Shown: in pieces, positions 9,533 through 18,671 of the stretch
How positions within the stretch are numbered: position 1 is the first letter of the stretch
Layout: each line of letters begins with the position of its first letter
NCBI GenBank assembly: GCA_963715865.1
Contig: OY970280.1
Location: 1,792,001-1,856,000 of the forward strand
Origin: Candidatus Bathyarchaeota archaeon
Lineage (GTDB): Archaea; Thermoproteota; Bathyarchaeia; Bathyarchaeales; Bathycorpusculaceae
Length of the DNA stretch: 64,000 bases
Reading direction: 5' to 3'
Position numbers and translations under genes: made by a program
Notes under the pieces: model-generated
What the model was told of the DNA's origin: nothing
Databases searched by the model: none
Seen by the model: the letters and a program-made list of their open reading frames with translations, nothing else

Positions 9533-11152
9533 AGCGAATTTGCGTCTTGACGGTTATTCTTGCCTTAATTATTTCACTGACAGCTATGAGCTTAGCAAAT
9601 GCGCAGGAAAGAGTCTACAGTTTTGACCACCAATGGGCACAGATATTCATAAACCAAGATGGAACAATCGACTTAACCTATAATCTGACCCTAACGCTAC
9701 ACTCTGGAACTGATATACATGCGATAGATATAGGGCAACCTAAAGGGGACTTTACTATAGGCCAAGCTGTTGACCAATATGGACACCAACTTCAAACATC
9801 AGATGATAGTAGTGGAAGCGACTACAGAGTCCGAGTAACCCTAAACCAGCCTCTAACAGCTGGAAACACCATTTGGTTCACCCTAACAACAAATGTTGCA
9901 GGCATGATAAGCAATGATACGCAGAACCCAGGCAATTTGGGCATGGAGTTTGCTCCTGAATGGATGTCAGTGCCAATCAACGATGTGCGGGTACAAATTG
10001 TTCTTCCACTCGGCGTTGCCATAAGCGACGTGAAAACTACACAAAACTTCTACAACAGCACCTCGTTAGTGGAAGGAAGATTGGCGGTTTACTGGGAAAA
10101 ACCGGTTCTACAGCCTAATGAGCAATTCTTGGTAGGTGTTTCTTTTCCAGCCAAATACTTGCCCAATTATTATCCTTCTCAAGTAGGTGGTCTCGAAGAA
10201 TTGGAAATTTCGATATTACTTTTTGGATTAGCGGCATTTGCTATTTTTGTGATCGGATTCATCGTTTTCAAGGTGCAGAAAAAGCACTTACTTAACACCG
10301 AAAATCAGCATGGAAACCTTAGGGATTAAACGCGGCTTAACAGCCGTTGAAGCATCTTACCTTCTTGATTTGAAGCCAACACAGATAGTAACTGAAATTC
10401 TCTATAGTCTTTTGCAGAAAAGGGCTGTTTGGGCTGAAGAAACCAAACCTGCGCTTAAACTTCGTGTGCTTCCACCTTATGAGAACAAAACAGGTAGCGC
10501 AGAGAATCCTCTAAGGTATTACGAGATTGATTTCCTTAACTCGCTAAAGGCTAATGGCACGCTCGATGAGGAGAAACTTGCGCACACAATCATGTTTCTG
10601 CGTGACACCGTAGAGCAGAAAATGCACGGTTACAGCCGAAAGGACACCGTTGACTACTACCGAAAAATCGTAAGCCAAGCATGGACACAAGTGGAACAAG
10701 CTGGAACTGTCGAGTTAGCATCAAACGCTTATGATGAGCAACTGCTCTGGCTTATGCTTGACCCAAATCAACGGTCACGCACAGAAACAGTCTTCAAAGA
10801 CAGGGTTTTCCAGCCAAATCCACTTTGGTTCTGGTGGTGGTATGGCTATTCACAGTATAATCCACATCCCACATACAAACCAAACGTTGAGGCACCAGCG
10901 CAATCAGGCAAACCACCAGCTATTCCAGGAGCTGAATTCGCAAACAACATAGCAACTGCGGTAGAGAACACTTCAAACAATATAGTATTAAGCTTAGAAA
11001 AATTCGCTAATGCCATCGTTCCGGCACCACCGAAAGCATCTCATGAACCAGCACATCACGGAGCTGACTGCGTCTGTGCGTGTGCGGCTTGTGCCTGTGC
11101 TTGCGCTTGTGTTTCATGCGCTTGTGCATGTGCAGGTGGAGGTGTTCGTTAG
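9526..11152 (+). CDS. Exported/membrane protein (DUF2207-like architecture) with C-terminal Cys-Ala repeat tail; split by a +1 frameshift near 10288
   Basis: ORF 9526..10329 (signal peptide, beta-rich ectodomain, TM) joins ORF 10310..11152 when one T at 10288-10289 is removed (..QKKHYLTPKISMETLGIKRGL..). Ends HHGADCVCACAACACACACVSCACACAGGGVR. Confidence 0.75.
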
Positions 11153-11154
11153 AA

Positions 11155-12502
11155 ATGAGTTTTCTGAAAAATATTTTTGTTAAGCCAAGGGTTCCTCAAG
11201 GACGTTATACTTATCGTGGTAAGGACAAGTTTGCAGGCATGTCCCTTCAACTGAGAGTAGAGCAGTCTGGACAAGGCGTTATGGTGATTAACGCCAACAC
11301 GGTTCTTCATTTAAACCACACTGCAACGGCATTTGCATATTTTTTTATGCAGGGTTTGCCCCAAAAACAGGTTTTAACTAAAATTCGCCGAATGTATCAT
11401 GTCAACGTTAAAACTGCTAAAGCTGATTATGAAAAATTAACCTATACGGTTAGTACCTTGGCGCAAACGGAAAAAGTCGACCCAGTATCTTATCTTGAAA
11501 TTGAAAAGGAAGAACCATTCTCTTACCAGTATTCAGCGCCCTTACGCATGGATTTAGCTTTGACTTTCAGATGCCAAAACGACTGCGTTCACTGTTACGC
11601 TGGAGGACCGCACGAGACACCGGAACTAACAACGGCGCAGTGGAAAAGTGTCATCGATAAACTCAGTGAAATCGGCGTTTTCATCTTAACCTTCACAGGC
11701 GGCGAACCCACATTGCGCGAGGACTTGCCAGAACTGTTACTGTACGCTCAAGCCAAAGGCATGGTTACAGGGCTGATAACTAACGGGCGAAAACTGAAGG
11801 ATAAACCCTATGTTGATGTACTTGAAAAATCTGGTTTAGATTTTGTGCAAGTAACACTGGAATCTCACAAACCGGAAGTTCATGATTTAATGACTAGTGA
11901 AAAGGGCAGTTGGAGTGAAACGGTTGCTGGAATAAGAAATGCTGTGCAATCGCAAATTTACGTTTCAACCAACACTACACTAAGCAAACATAATGCTGAT
12001 GATTTTCTAACAACCATCGATTTCATTAAAGGACTTGATGTGGACGCTTTCGGTTGCAACAGCCTCATTTACTCAGGCAAAGCACCTGACGTAAGCCAAG
12101 AGTTTGCGCTGTCCTTCGAAGAGTTGAATTTGCTTTTGCCGAAAATCCGCGACAAAGCCCACATGCTTGGCTTAAAGTTCCTATGGTACACGCCGACCCA
12201 GTACTGCCATTTTGACCCTGTTACAGCTGGGTTTAGGAGTTAAAACCTGCACTGCCGCAATGATAAACGCTTGCGTGGGACCAAACGGCGACGTTTACCC
12301 ATGCCAAAGCTACTTTGAAAGCCTAGGCAACATTCTCACAGATTCTTGGGAGAAGATTTGGGGCAACCCTTTGGCAGTAAAACTGCGCAGCAGAGCATAC
12401 GTTGAGCAAAAATGCAAGGATTGCCCTCAACTCCAAGTTTGCGGCGGAGGATGCCCCTTGGAACTGCAAAACAAAGAGCACCTTTGTAGCCAAACAGGAT
12501 AA
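11155..12502 (+). CDS. Radical SAM/SPASM protein with N-terminal PqqD/RRE-like domain; split by a +1 frameshift near 12221
   Basis: ATG 11155, 2 nt after the upstream stop; CQNDCVHC, GGEP, ITNG; SPASM C..GDVYPC..LGNI..CKDCPQLQVCGGGCP in the next frame; removing one T at 12221-12222 gives HFDPVQLGLGVKTC. Confidence 0.85.
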
Positions 12503-12551
12503 TTTATCTTTAGCAAGCTACCTTTTTCTCTTTAGGCAGCACGACGCATTT

Positions 12552-13802
12552 GTGAGCTTAGAGAGGAATGTTGCTATAGAGAAAAATAGGCTTGTAGTTT
12601 TCGACGTTGAAGGAGTGCTTATTCCAAAGAATCGCTTCTTGTTTGAAGTAGGGAAAAGTTTAGGTTTCGTTAGGTTGGTTCGGCTTCTTTTTTTCGGTTT
12701 TCTCTATGAATCAGGTATTTTAAAGTTAGAATCGGCATTAAAGCATATTTTTAAAGAGTTAAAAGGAACAAAGCCTGAAACGTTAATGTTTATTTTCGGA
12801 AAAATTTCTTCAACATCTTTTCTGCAAAATATTTTTTCTCAAATTAAAATGAGGAATTGTAAGATTGCTTTGATTAGTTCAGGGTTGCCAACGGTTATTG
12901 TTAAAAAGTTAGCTGCAACAGTTGGTGCAGAATACGCTTATGGCGTTGAAGTTGAAACCAAAGATGGCAAGTTAACAGGTGAAATCTGGGGAGACGCGAT
13001 TTGTCCAGATGGTAAACTGAAAATTTTGAGCCAAATTTTAACTGCTGAAGGCTTGAATTTGAGCGATTGCATCGTTGTTGCTGATGATAGAAATAACCGT
13101 TGCGTTTTCATGCCCGGAATGCTAAAAATTGGTTTTAATCCTGATTTTATTTTGCGAGTTAAAGCTGACAAAGTAGTAACTGGCAAACTTTCAGGAATTT
13201 TGCCCATTATTGATGGGAAACCGCTTAAACGTTCTTTTCCGTCTACGAACGATTTTGTAAGAGAAGACATCCATGCTGCTGGATTTTTTATGCCAGTTAT
13301 CGCTAGTTTAATAGGTGTCCCCATAGTTGGCGCGTTAATTTTCACGATAGCATTGCTATATACTATATCTGAACTTTTGCGTTTAGAAGGAAGAGATTTA
13401 CCTCTAATTTCGGCGATTACGCGTCATGCTGCATCTCAATCAGAACTACATGGCTTCGTAGCAGCTCCGCTATACTTTGCTTTTGGCATTTTGTTAACTT
13501 TGCTTGTGTTTCCAGCTCCTGCAAGTTATGCTGCGATTGCTATGTTTTGCTTAGGCGATAGCGTCGCTTCGCTTTTCGGAGGTCTTATTTCTACATCTTT
13601 ACCGTTTAACAAGGGGAAAACTTGGGAGGGTTCACTGGCCGGGTTCTTTTTTGCGTTTTTAGCTGGCACGTTTTTTGTTTCGCCAGTGCTGGCTCTGATT
13701 GGGGCGGCGATTGCGATGACTATTGAGGTTCTTCCGTTGCCTGTGAATGATAATGTGCTAGTGCCAGTAATTACAGGAGTAGCGTTAACGCTACTGGTCT
13801 AA
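12552..13802 (+). CDS. HAD-like hydrolase fused to CTP_transf_1 (dolichol/phytol kinase-like) membrane domain
   Basis: VVFDVEGVL and LISSG HAD motifs; C-terminal multi-TM with GDSVASLFG, KTWEGSLA, IEVLP..NDN. Start GTG 12552 chosen (ORF track begins 12402). Confidence 0.75.
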   Translation: MSLERNVAIEKNRLVVFDVEGVLIPKNRFLFEVGKSLGFVRLVRLLFFGFLYESGILKLESALKHIFKELKGTKPETLMFIFGKISSTSFLQNIFSQIKMRNCKIALISSGLPTVIVKKLAATVGAEYAYGVEVETKDGKLTGEIWGDAICPDGKLKILSQILTAEGLNLSDCIVVADDRNNRCVFMPGMLKIGFNPDFILRVKADKVVTGKLSGILPIIDGKPLKRSFPSTNDFVREDIHAAGFFMPVIASLIGVPIVGALIFTIALLYTISELLRLEGRDLPLISAITRHAASQSELHGFVAAPLYFAFGILLTLLVFPAPASYAAIAMFCLGDSVASLFGGLISTSLPFNKGKTWEGSLAGFFFAFLAGTFFVSPVLALIGAAIAMTIEVLPLPVNDNVLVPVITGVALTLLV

Positions 13803-14270
13803 CGGAATTACTGCATTCAGATAATCCTTAACAAAGTATTTCTTGCCCTTTTTGATTACCACATGTCCTTCTTGCTCTAAAAGTTGCTTTTGAGTTTCCA
13901 ATCCACCGGGGTATTTCTCGTTTAAGAATCCGCCAGTTTTTAGGGTTCGCCAATAAGGAGTAATTTCTGTTGCGCCTTGCTGTTTTTGTTCTTCTGCGGC
14001 GTAGGCGGAAATCCAAGCGAAAATGCCTGTGGTCAATGGGCAACCGATTGTTGCTTTATGTTTGGTGGCGAGGGCTGAGCGGATTTCGTTGATTGTTGTT
14101 ATTTTTCCTTTTGGCACTTTCCGCATTAACTGGTCTACTTCGATTGGCGCTGGGATTACTACTGTACCTGCGCCCCATTTTTTGCTCATTTTACCCTTGA
14201 TTTCTTCTACTTTCGGATACCCTTTGCTGTCGTTTAGTTTTTCTTGCCAAGTGGATTTCTTTGCGGGCAT
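13791..14270 (-). CDS. MGMT-family DNA-binding protein, alkyltransferase-like (no catalytic Cys)
   Basis: VPKGKITT..EI helix motif; PYWR in place of the PCHR active site. Confidence 0.7.
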   Translation of the reverse strand: MPAKKSTWQEKLNDSKGYPKVEEIKGKMSKKWGAGTVVIPAPIEVDQLMRKVPKGKITTINEIRSALATKHKATIGCPLTTGIFAWISAYAAEEQKQQGATEITPYWRTLKTGGFLNEKYPGGLETQKQLLEQEGHVVIKKGKKYFVKDYLNAVIPLDQ

Positions 14271-14324
14271 ATTCTAACCAAAAAAGTTGTATAGCTATAT
14301 GGTTTAATGAAACTTTCTAAAAAC

Positions 14325-14579
14325 TTATTTCTCATCACGGGAGCTTACAAGGTCAAGTTTCTGCTGGTGGCTTAGCTTTTTTATTTCTCTTTCTCGTTTC
14401 ATCGCTTTGCTTCGTGAATCAAACAGTTCAACGTAAGCTAGTTTTTGGGGTTTGTGTGCTTTTGTGTATTTTGCGCCTTTGCCGTTTTGATGCAGGTTTG
14501 TTCTCGCATCTAAGTCCTTGGTGTAGCCTGTGTAGAAGCTTCCGTCACTGCATAATAAAATATAAACGTAAAAGGACAT
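14325..14579 (-). CDS. Small GIY-YIG nuclease (YhbQ/UPF0213-like)
   Basis: FYVYILLCSDGSFYTGYT, HQNGKGAKYT, AMKREREIKK; start set at ATG 14579. Confidence 0.88.
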   Translation of the reverse strand: MSFYVYILLCSDGSFYTGYTKDLDARTNLHQNGKGAKYTKAHKPQKLAYVELFDSRSKAMKREREIKKLSHQQKLDLVSSRDEK

Positions 14580-14586
14580 CTTGGCT

Positions 14587-15267
14587 TTATTGCTCCATAA
14601 CTTCAGCAGGCATGTAATCGTAAACGATGCCTTTTTGCATGGCTCTTTTAAGGTAGGCTTCCGGGTCGATTTCTTGGACTTTTGCGCGATCAACATCGAT
14701 GATGTAGATTTCTTGTATGCGTGCATTTCGGATTTCTTCAAGGGCAACTGGCGGTTTCTGGTAGTATGCGTCACAGAGCTTTTTTATCTGCATTATTTCT
14801 TGGTCTGTTCGGTTTCTTGGCGGCTTAGCCAGCGCACGCGGAAAGGGCAGAATGTAGTGGGGTGGTACGCCTAGCGCGAATTTTCCTGCGAAACTGCTGT
14901 ATCTTATAATTTTGCTTGCTAGTCGTGCAGAAGTGTAAGTTAATGGTGCCAAAGCGTTTTCCGGAGGAATGAAACCTGTTTCTACTTCAACGATTAGGTT
15001 TCCATAGCCTTTTATGGCGTATAAATCGCAGGTTAAAATTTCGTTTAACGGGTATTCAATTTGCACTTCGCAGCCTTTTTGGATGAGGTATTTGGCGCAT
15101 ACAAGTTCCATTACTGAATGGTTAATTTTTACAATGTTTTCTTTTTGTAGTTTTATCAGCCAATCTTTTAGCATGTTAAGTTTGTTTTCAACTTCTTTTT
15201 CAGAACCCTTTGTTAGCCTACATAAGAGAAGAGTTAAATCTTGTTCGAATTTTTGCTTATTACTCAT
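14587..15267 (-). CDS. Hypothetical protein with possible PD-(D/E)xK-like fold
   Basis: 226-aa ORF; EVQIEYPL..CDLYAIK..IVEVETG resembles restriction-endonuclease-like core; 7 nt from the GIY-YIG start. Confidence 0.55.
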   Translation of the reverse strand: MSNKQKFEQDLTLLLCRLTKGSEKEVENKLNMLKDWLIKLQKENIVKINHSVMELVCAKYLIQKGCEVQIEYPLNEILTCDLYAIKGYGNLIVEVETGFIPPENALAPLTYTSARLASKIIRYSSFAGKFALGVPPHYILPFPRALAKPPRNRTDQEIMQIKKLCDAYYQKPPVALEEIRNARIQEIYIIDVDRAKVQEIDPEAYLKRAMQKGIVYDYMPAEVMEQ

Positions 15268-15716
15268 TGTTGCTTCCTTGCCAATCGACTGGCAATCATT
15301 TTTGTTAAACTATTTGACTTTAGAATATATAAAGCCAGAAAACGTTTATCTCATAATCTCACGATATTATTGCTTTTCTTTATTTAAATAGGTTCCATTA
15401 TTGCTTATTGCTTGTTGATTTGTCCATGATTTTTTGGCTAAGTTTTTGTTTAATTCTGAATTTTTTTGCTTAGTTAATTTAGTGAGGTTTGTACAGACAT
15501 TCTTATATAGAATTGATTGCTTACTTATTAGTTGTAATTTTACCAAGTTGAGAAGCAAGCTGAACCAACTCGGCTTAGAACAGTTGTAAACATTAACTAA
15601 CTGGCTTAGTGAGTTTCTTGCGATTGTATCAACGGGGATAATCTTTGCGGTTTAGTTAACAGCTGGCTGGACTTTGCTGGTTGCTCAGGCTTAGACTCAA
15701 CTTGGCAAAACTTTTT

Positions 15717-15902
15717 TTAAGGTTTCAACGAAGAGAGAACAAGCCTTGTAGAGTTAACATCAACTTCTACGATCTTGCAGTTTTTGAATTCTTTGGCTTC
15801 GCCTAAAATATTCTTAACTGTCACGTTGTCTCCTTCGATTTTAGCGTAAATAACATCCTTGAATTGCACTTTTCCATTGAAGATTACGTTGAATTCACAC
15901 AT
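15717..15902 (-). CDS. CooT-family small nickel-binding protein
   Basis: MCEFNV start, KDVIY..IEGD.V...NILGE.K....KIVEVD pattern, 61 aa. Confidence 0.75.
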   Translation of the reverse strand: MCEFNVIFNGKVQFKDVIYAKIEGDNVTVKNILGEAKEFKNCKIVEVDVNSTRLVLSSLKP

Positions 15903-16155
15903 AATGTTTTCACAGCTATGAAAAAAGTGATTCTGGGTTATAAGGGCTTTTATCAAAGACAACTAACTACTCACGGAAAAATAGTGCTCTTAAGAGTCTT
16001 TAGCCTCCTTATTTAAAAGCAAGCTACCATCTTATCTTCCAACCTCTATCTTCTACTCTTTCTAGGAGAGATTAGGCGTAGCATCGTTTTTTGGCATGTT
16101 AAATATTCACTATTAGCTGTAAACAACTAAAACAGACACCGTAAACTTTTTATTT

Positions 16156-16169
16156 GTACAGCGCTGTAC
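16156..16169. promoter_or_regulatory. Perfect 14-bp palindrome, candidate operator upstream of the ilv-leu operon
   Basis: GTACAGCGCTGTAC directly downstream of a TTTTTATTT TATA-like tract (16147-16155). Confidence 0.5.
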
Positions 16170-16197
16170 TTTTAAGGAACATGGAATTTCAAGAGGC

Positions 16198-16254
16198 ATG
16201 AAAATGAGGGATCGACACCTCAATAGCCGGGATCGTCGGGTACTTATTCTTTGA
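16198..16254 (+). promoter_or_regulatory. Candidate 18-aa leader peptide upstream of ilvB
   Basis: AAGAGG then ATG; MKMRDRHLNSRDRRVLIL-stop, ending Val-Leu-Ile-Leu; imperfect hairpin TTTCAC-AGG-GAAC-CCT-CTGAAA follows. Confidence 0.4.
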
Positions 16255-16347
16255 TTTTCACAGGGAACCCTCTGAAACTGCCACTGAAAAAATTTTCAAA
16301 CCAAACTTCTCAAGACGAGAGTATAGTTCAAAAAGGAGAGCAATAAA

Positions 16348-18054
16348 ATGACCAAAATGTCTGGTGCACAAGCACTGTTAGAATCCCTTGAACGCCAAAA
16401 CGTGGACGTCATATTCGGCATCTTAGGCGGAGCAATACTGCCCGTTTACGATGCGTTATGGGGCAACAAGAAAATAAGACACATACTAAGCAGACATGAA
16501 CAAGGAGCAGCACACGCAGCCGAAGGCTATGCAAGAGCCAGCGGACGAGTAGGAGTGTGCATGGCAACTTCAGGACCAGGAGCCACAAACCTAGTCACAG
16601 GCATAGCAAACGCATACATGGATTCCTCACCAATAATAGCTTTAACAGGGCAAGTCCCAACGACAGGCGTTAACACTTCCTACATGATTGGCAGAGACGC
16701 TTTCCAAGAAGCAGACATCATCGGCATCACAACGCCAATTACCAAGCACAATTATCAACCGAGAACAGTCGCTGAAATCCCACTAATCGTTAACACCGCG
16801 TTCTACATAGCAACCACAGGCAGGCCAGGACCAGTCTTAATTGACTTGCCAAAAAACGTGCAGGCTGAAACCTCCGAAGTAGAATTCACAAACAAAATTG
16901 ATGCCCGAGGTTACAAACCCGTAATTGAGCCCGATTTAGCAAAAATCAGCGAAGCCGCTAAGTTGCTGGCAAAAGCTGAGAAACCAATCATACTGGCAGG
17001 CGGCGGAGTCATAATATCCAACGCGTCAGATGAACTTATGCAAATGTCAGATTTGCTGATGGCTCCTGTAGCTACGACGTTAATGGGCAAAGGCTCATTC
17101 CCTGAATGTCACCCCTTATCAGTTGGAGGCATCGGAATGCATGGAAATCCAGCGGCGAACAAGCTGATGGGTGAGGCTGATGTGTTGCTGGCTGTTGGAA
17201 CAAGATTCTCTGACCGTGCAACAGCAAACTTGGACACTTTCTGCCCAGACGCTAAAAAGATTCACATTGACATTGACGCTGCAGAAATTGGAAAAAACAT
17301 CGAAGTTGACGTGCCCATAGTCGGCGACGCCAAAACCTCTATGAGAATACTGCATGGTGCCTTGGCTAATAAACTGCACAAAAACGAAGGCAACGCCTGG
17401 ACAAAAAGAGTTAAAGAAGCCAAAGATCAACTAAGCCCATTATTAAAAGAAATGCCCAAAGACCTGTTACCAAAAGCGCTATTGATGGAGCTTAGAAAAC
17501 TGCTGCCTGAAAACACCATAGTCACCACAGAAGTCGGTCAAAACCAGATGTGGTCAGCTCTATACTTCCAAGCATTAAAGCCAAGAACATTCATTAGCTC
17601 AGGCGGGTTAGGAACAATGGGTTTCGGTTTCCCAGCAGCGATAGGAGCAAAAGTCGCCTGTCCAGATAGACCCGTCGTGGACATAGCTGGCGACGGCAGT
17701 TTCATAATGACCGAACAAGAACTCGCGTGCTCTGTAACAGAGAACATCCCTGTCACAGTTATCGTGCTGAACAATTCGGTGTTAGGCATGGTTGCACAGT
17801 GGCAAAGAATGCTCTATAAAGGCCGTTACATGGCAGTTAACTTGGGAAAAACACCTGACTTCGTTAAGCTGGCAGAGGCTTACGGAGCGCAAGGTTTCCG
17901 AGCAAGGTCAATGGAAGAGTTCCAAAAAGCCGTGAAAACAGCGCTAAAAAGTAAAGTTACAACTGTAATCGATGTGCCTATTGGCTCAGAAGAGGACGTT
18001 GTGCCCTTTGTGCCTCCAGGCTGCGGTTTACCACAACAGAGAGGTGACTACTAA
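16348..18054 (+). CDS. ilvB: Acetolactate synthase large subunit
   Basis: RHEQGAAHAAEGYAR, TSGPGATN, GDGSF..NN ThDP motif. Confidence 0.96.
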   Translation: MTKMSGAQALLESLERQNVDVIFGILGGAILPVYDALWGNKKIRHILSRHEQGAAHAAEGYARASGRVGVCMATSGPGATNLVTGIANAYMDSSPIIALTGQVPTTGVNTSYMIGRDAFQEADIIGITTPITKHNYQPRTVAEIPLIVNTAFYIATTGRPGPVLIDLPKNVQAETSEVEFTNKIDARGYKPVIEPDLAKISEAAKLLAKAEKPIILAGGGVIISNASDELMQMSDLLMAPVATTLMGKGSFPECHPLSVGGIGMHGNPAANKLMGEADVLLAVGTRFSDRATANLDTFCPDAKKIHIDIDAAEIGKNIEVDVPIVGDAKTSMRILHGALANKLHKNEGNAWTKRVKEAKDQLSPLLKEMPKDLLPKALLMELRKLLPENTIVTTEVGQNQMWSALYFQALKPRTFISSGGLGTMGFGFPAAIGAKVACPDRPVVDIAGDGSFIMTEQELACSVTENIPVTVIVLNNSVLGMVAQWQRMLYKGRYMAVNLGKTPDFVKLAEAYGAQGFRARSMEEFQKAVKTALKSKVTTVIDVPIGSEEDVVPFVPPGCGLPQQRGDY

Positions 18055-18567
18055 ATGGAAGTTGGAAAAACAAAAATAATCTCCGTACTTGTCGAAAATA
18101 AGCCAGGAGTACTTCACAGCGTAGCCAACCTGTTCCGAAGGAGAAACTTTAACATCGAAAGCATCACAGTCGGTCCTACCGAACAGAAAGACTTAGCACG
18201 CATGACAATAACAGTCAACGAGGATGAAAAAACAATCGACCAAGTCGTCAAGCAACTGGCAAAGCTCATCGATGTGATTAAAGTCGAGGAGCTAGAGCAT
18301 GGAAACTTTGTGATGCGAGAGCTAGCTTTGATAAAAGTTAGCGTACCAAGCCCCAAAGAACGCTCCGACATCATAAACTGCGTAGAAGTCTTCAGAGGCA
18401 GAGTCATAGACGTTTCAACCGACAGCTTAACCGTAGAAATCACAGGAACACCCGACAAAATAGACGCATTCCTAAACCTGATGAAAACGTCCGGCGTCAT
18501 TGAACTTGCAAGAACAGGCATAACCGCACTGGCTAGAGGAGCAAAATCAATAAGAATCGACGAATAA
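18055..18567 (+). CDS. ilvH: Acetolactate synthase small (regulatory) subunit
   Basis: ENKPGVL..F.RRNFNIESITV ACT domain; ELARTG. Confidence 0.95.
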   Translation: MEVGKTKIISVLVENKPGVLHSVANLFRRRNFNIESITVGPTEQKDLARMTITVNEDEKTIDQVVKQLAKLIDVIKVEELEHGNFVMRELALIKVSVPSPKERSDIINCVEVFRGRVIDVSTDSLTVEITGTPDKIDAFLNLMKTSGVIELARTGITALARGAKSIRIDE

Positions 18568-18671
18568 ACCGTCTCTACGGACGGAAACCCTTAACTTTCG
18601 GTTTCTCAAAATTGACAAACCTTCAAGCAGGTTGATTTGAAATAGTTAATTTGTAACAGAAGCGAAAAAAC

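Noticed and set aside
11069-11133. TG/GC microsatellite-like stretch
   Set aside because: Synonymous codon variation shows a protein-level Cys-Ala repeat, not slippage DNA; reported under the Cys-tail finding.
11080-11154. ORF-track N-terminal extension MCGLCLCLRLCFMRLCMC of the rSAM
   Set aside because: An alternative-frame reading of the upstream Cys-Ala tail; the ATG at 11155 is the plausible start.
18569-18605. Hairpins between ilvH and leuC as a terminator or riboswitch
   Set aside because: Short stems, no convincing U-tract or known aptamer features.
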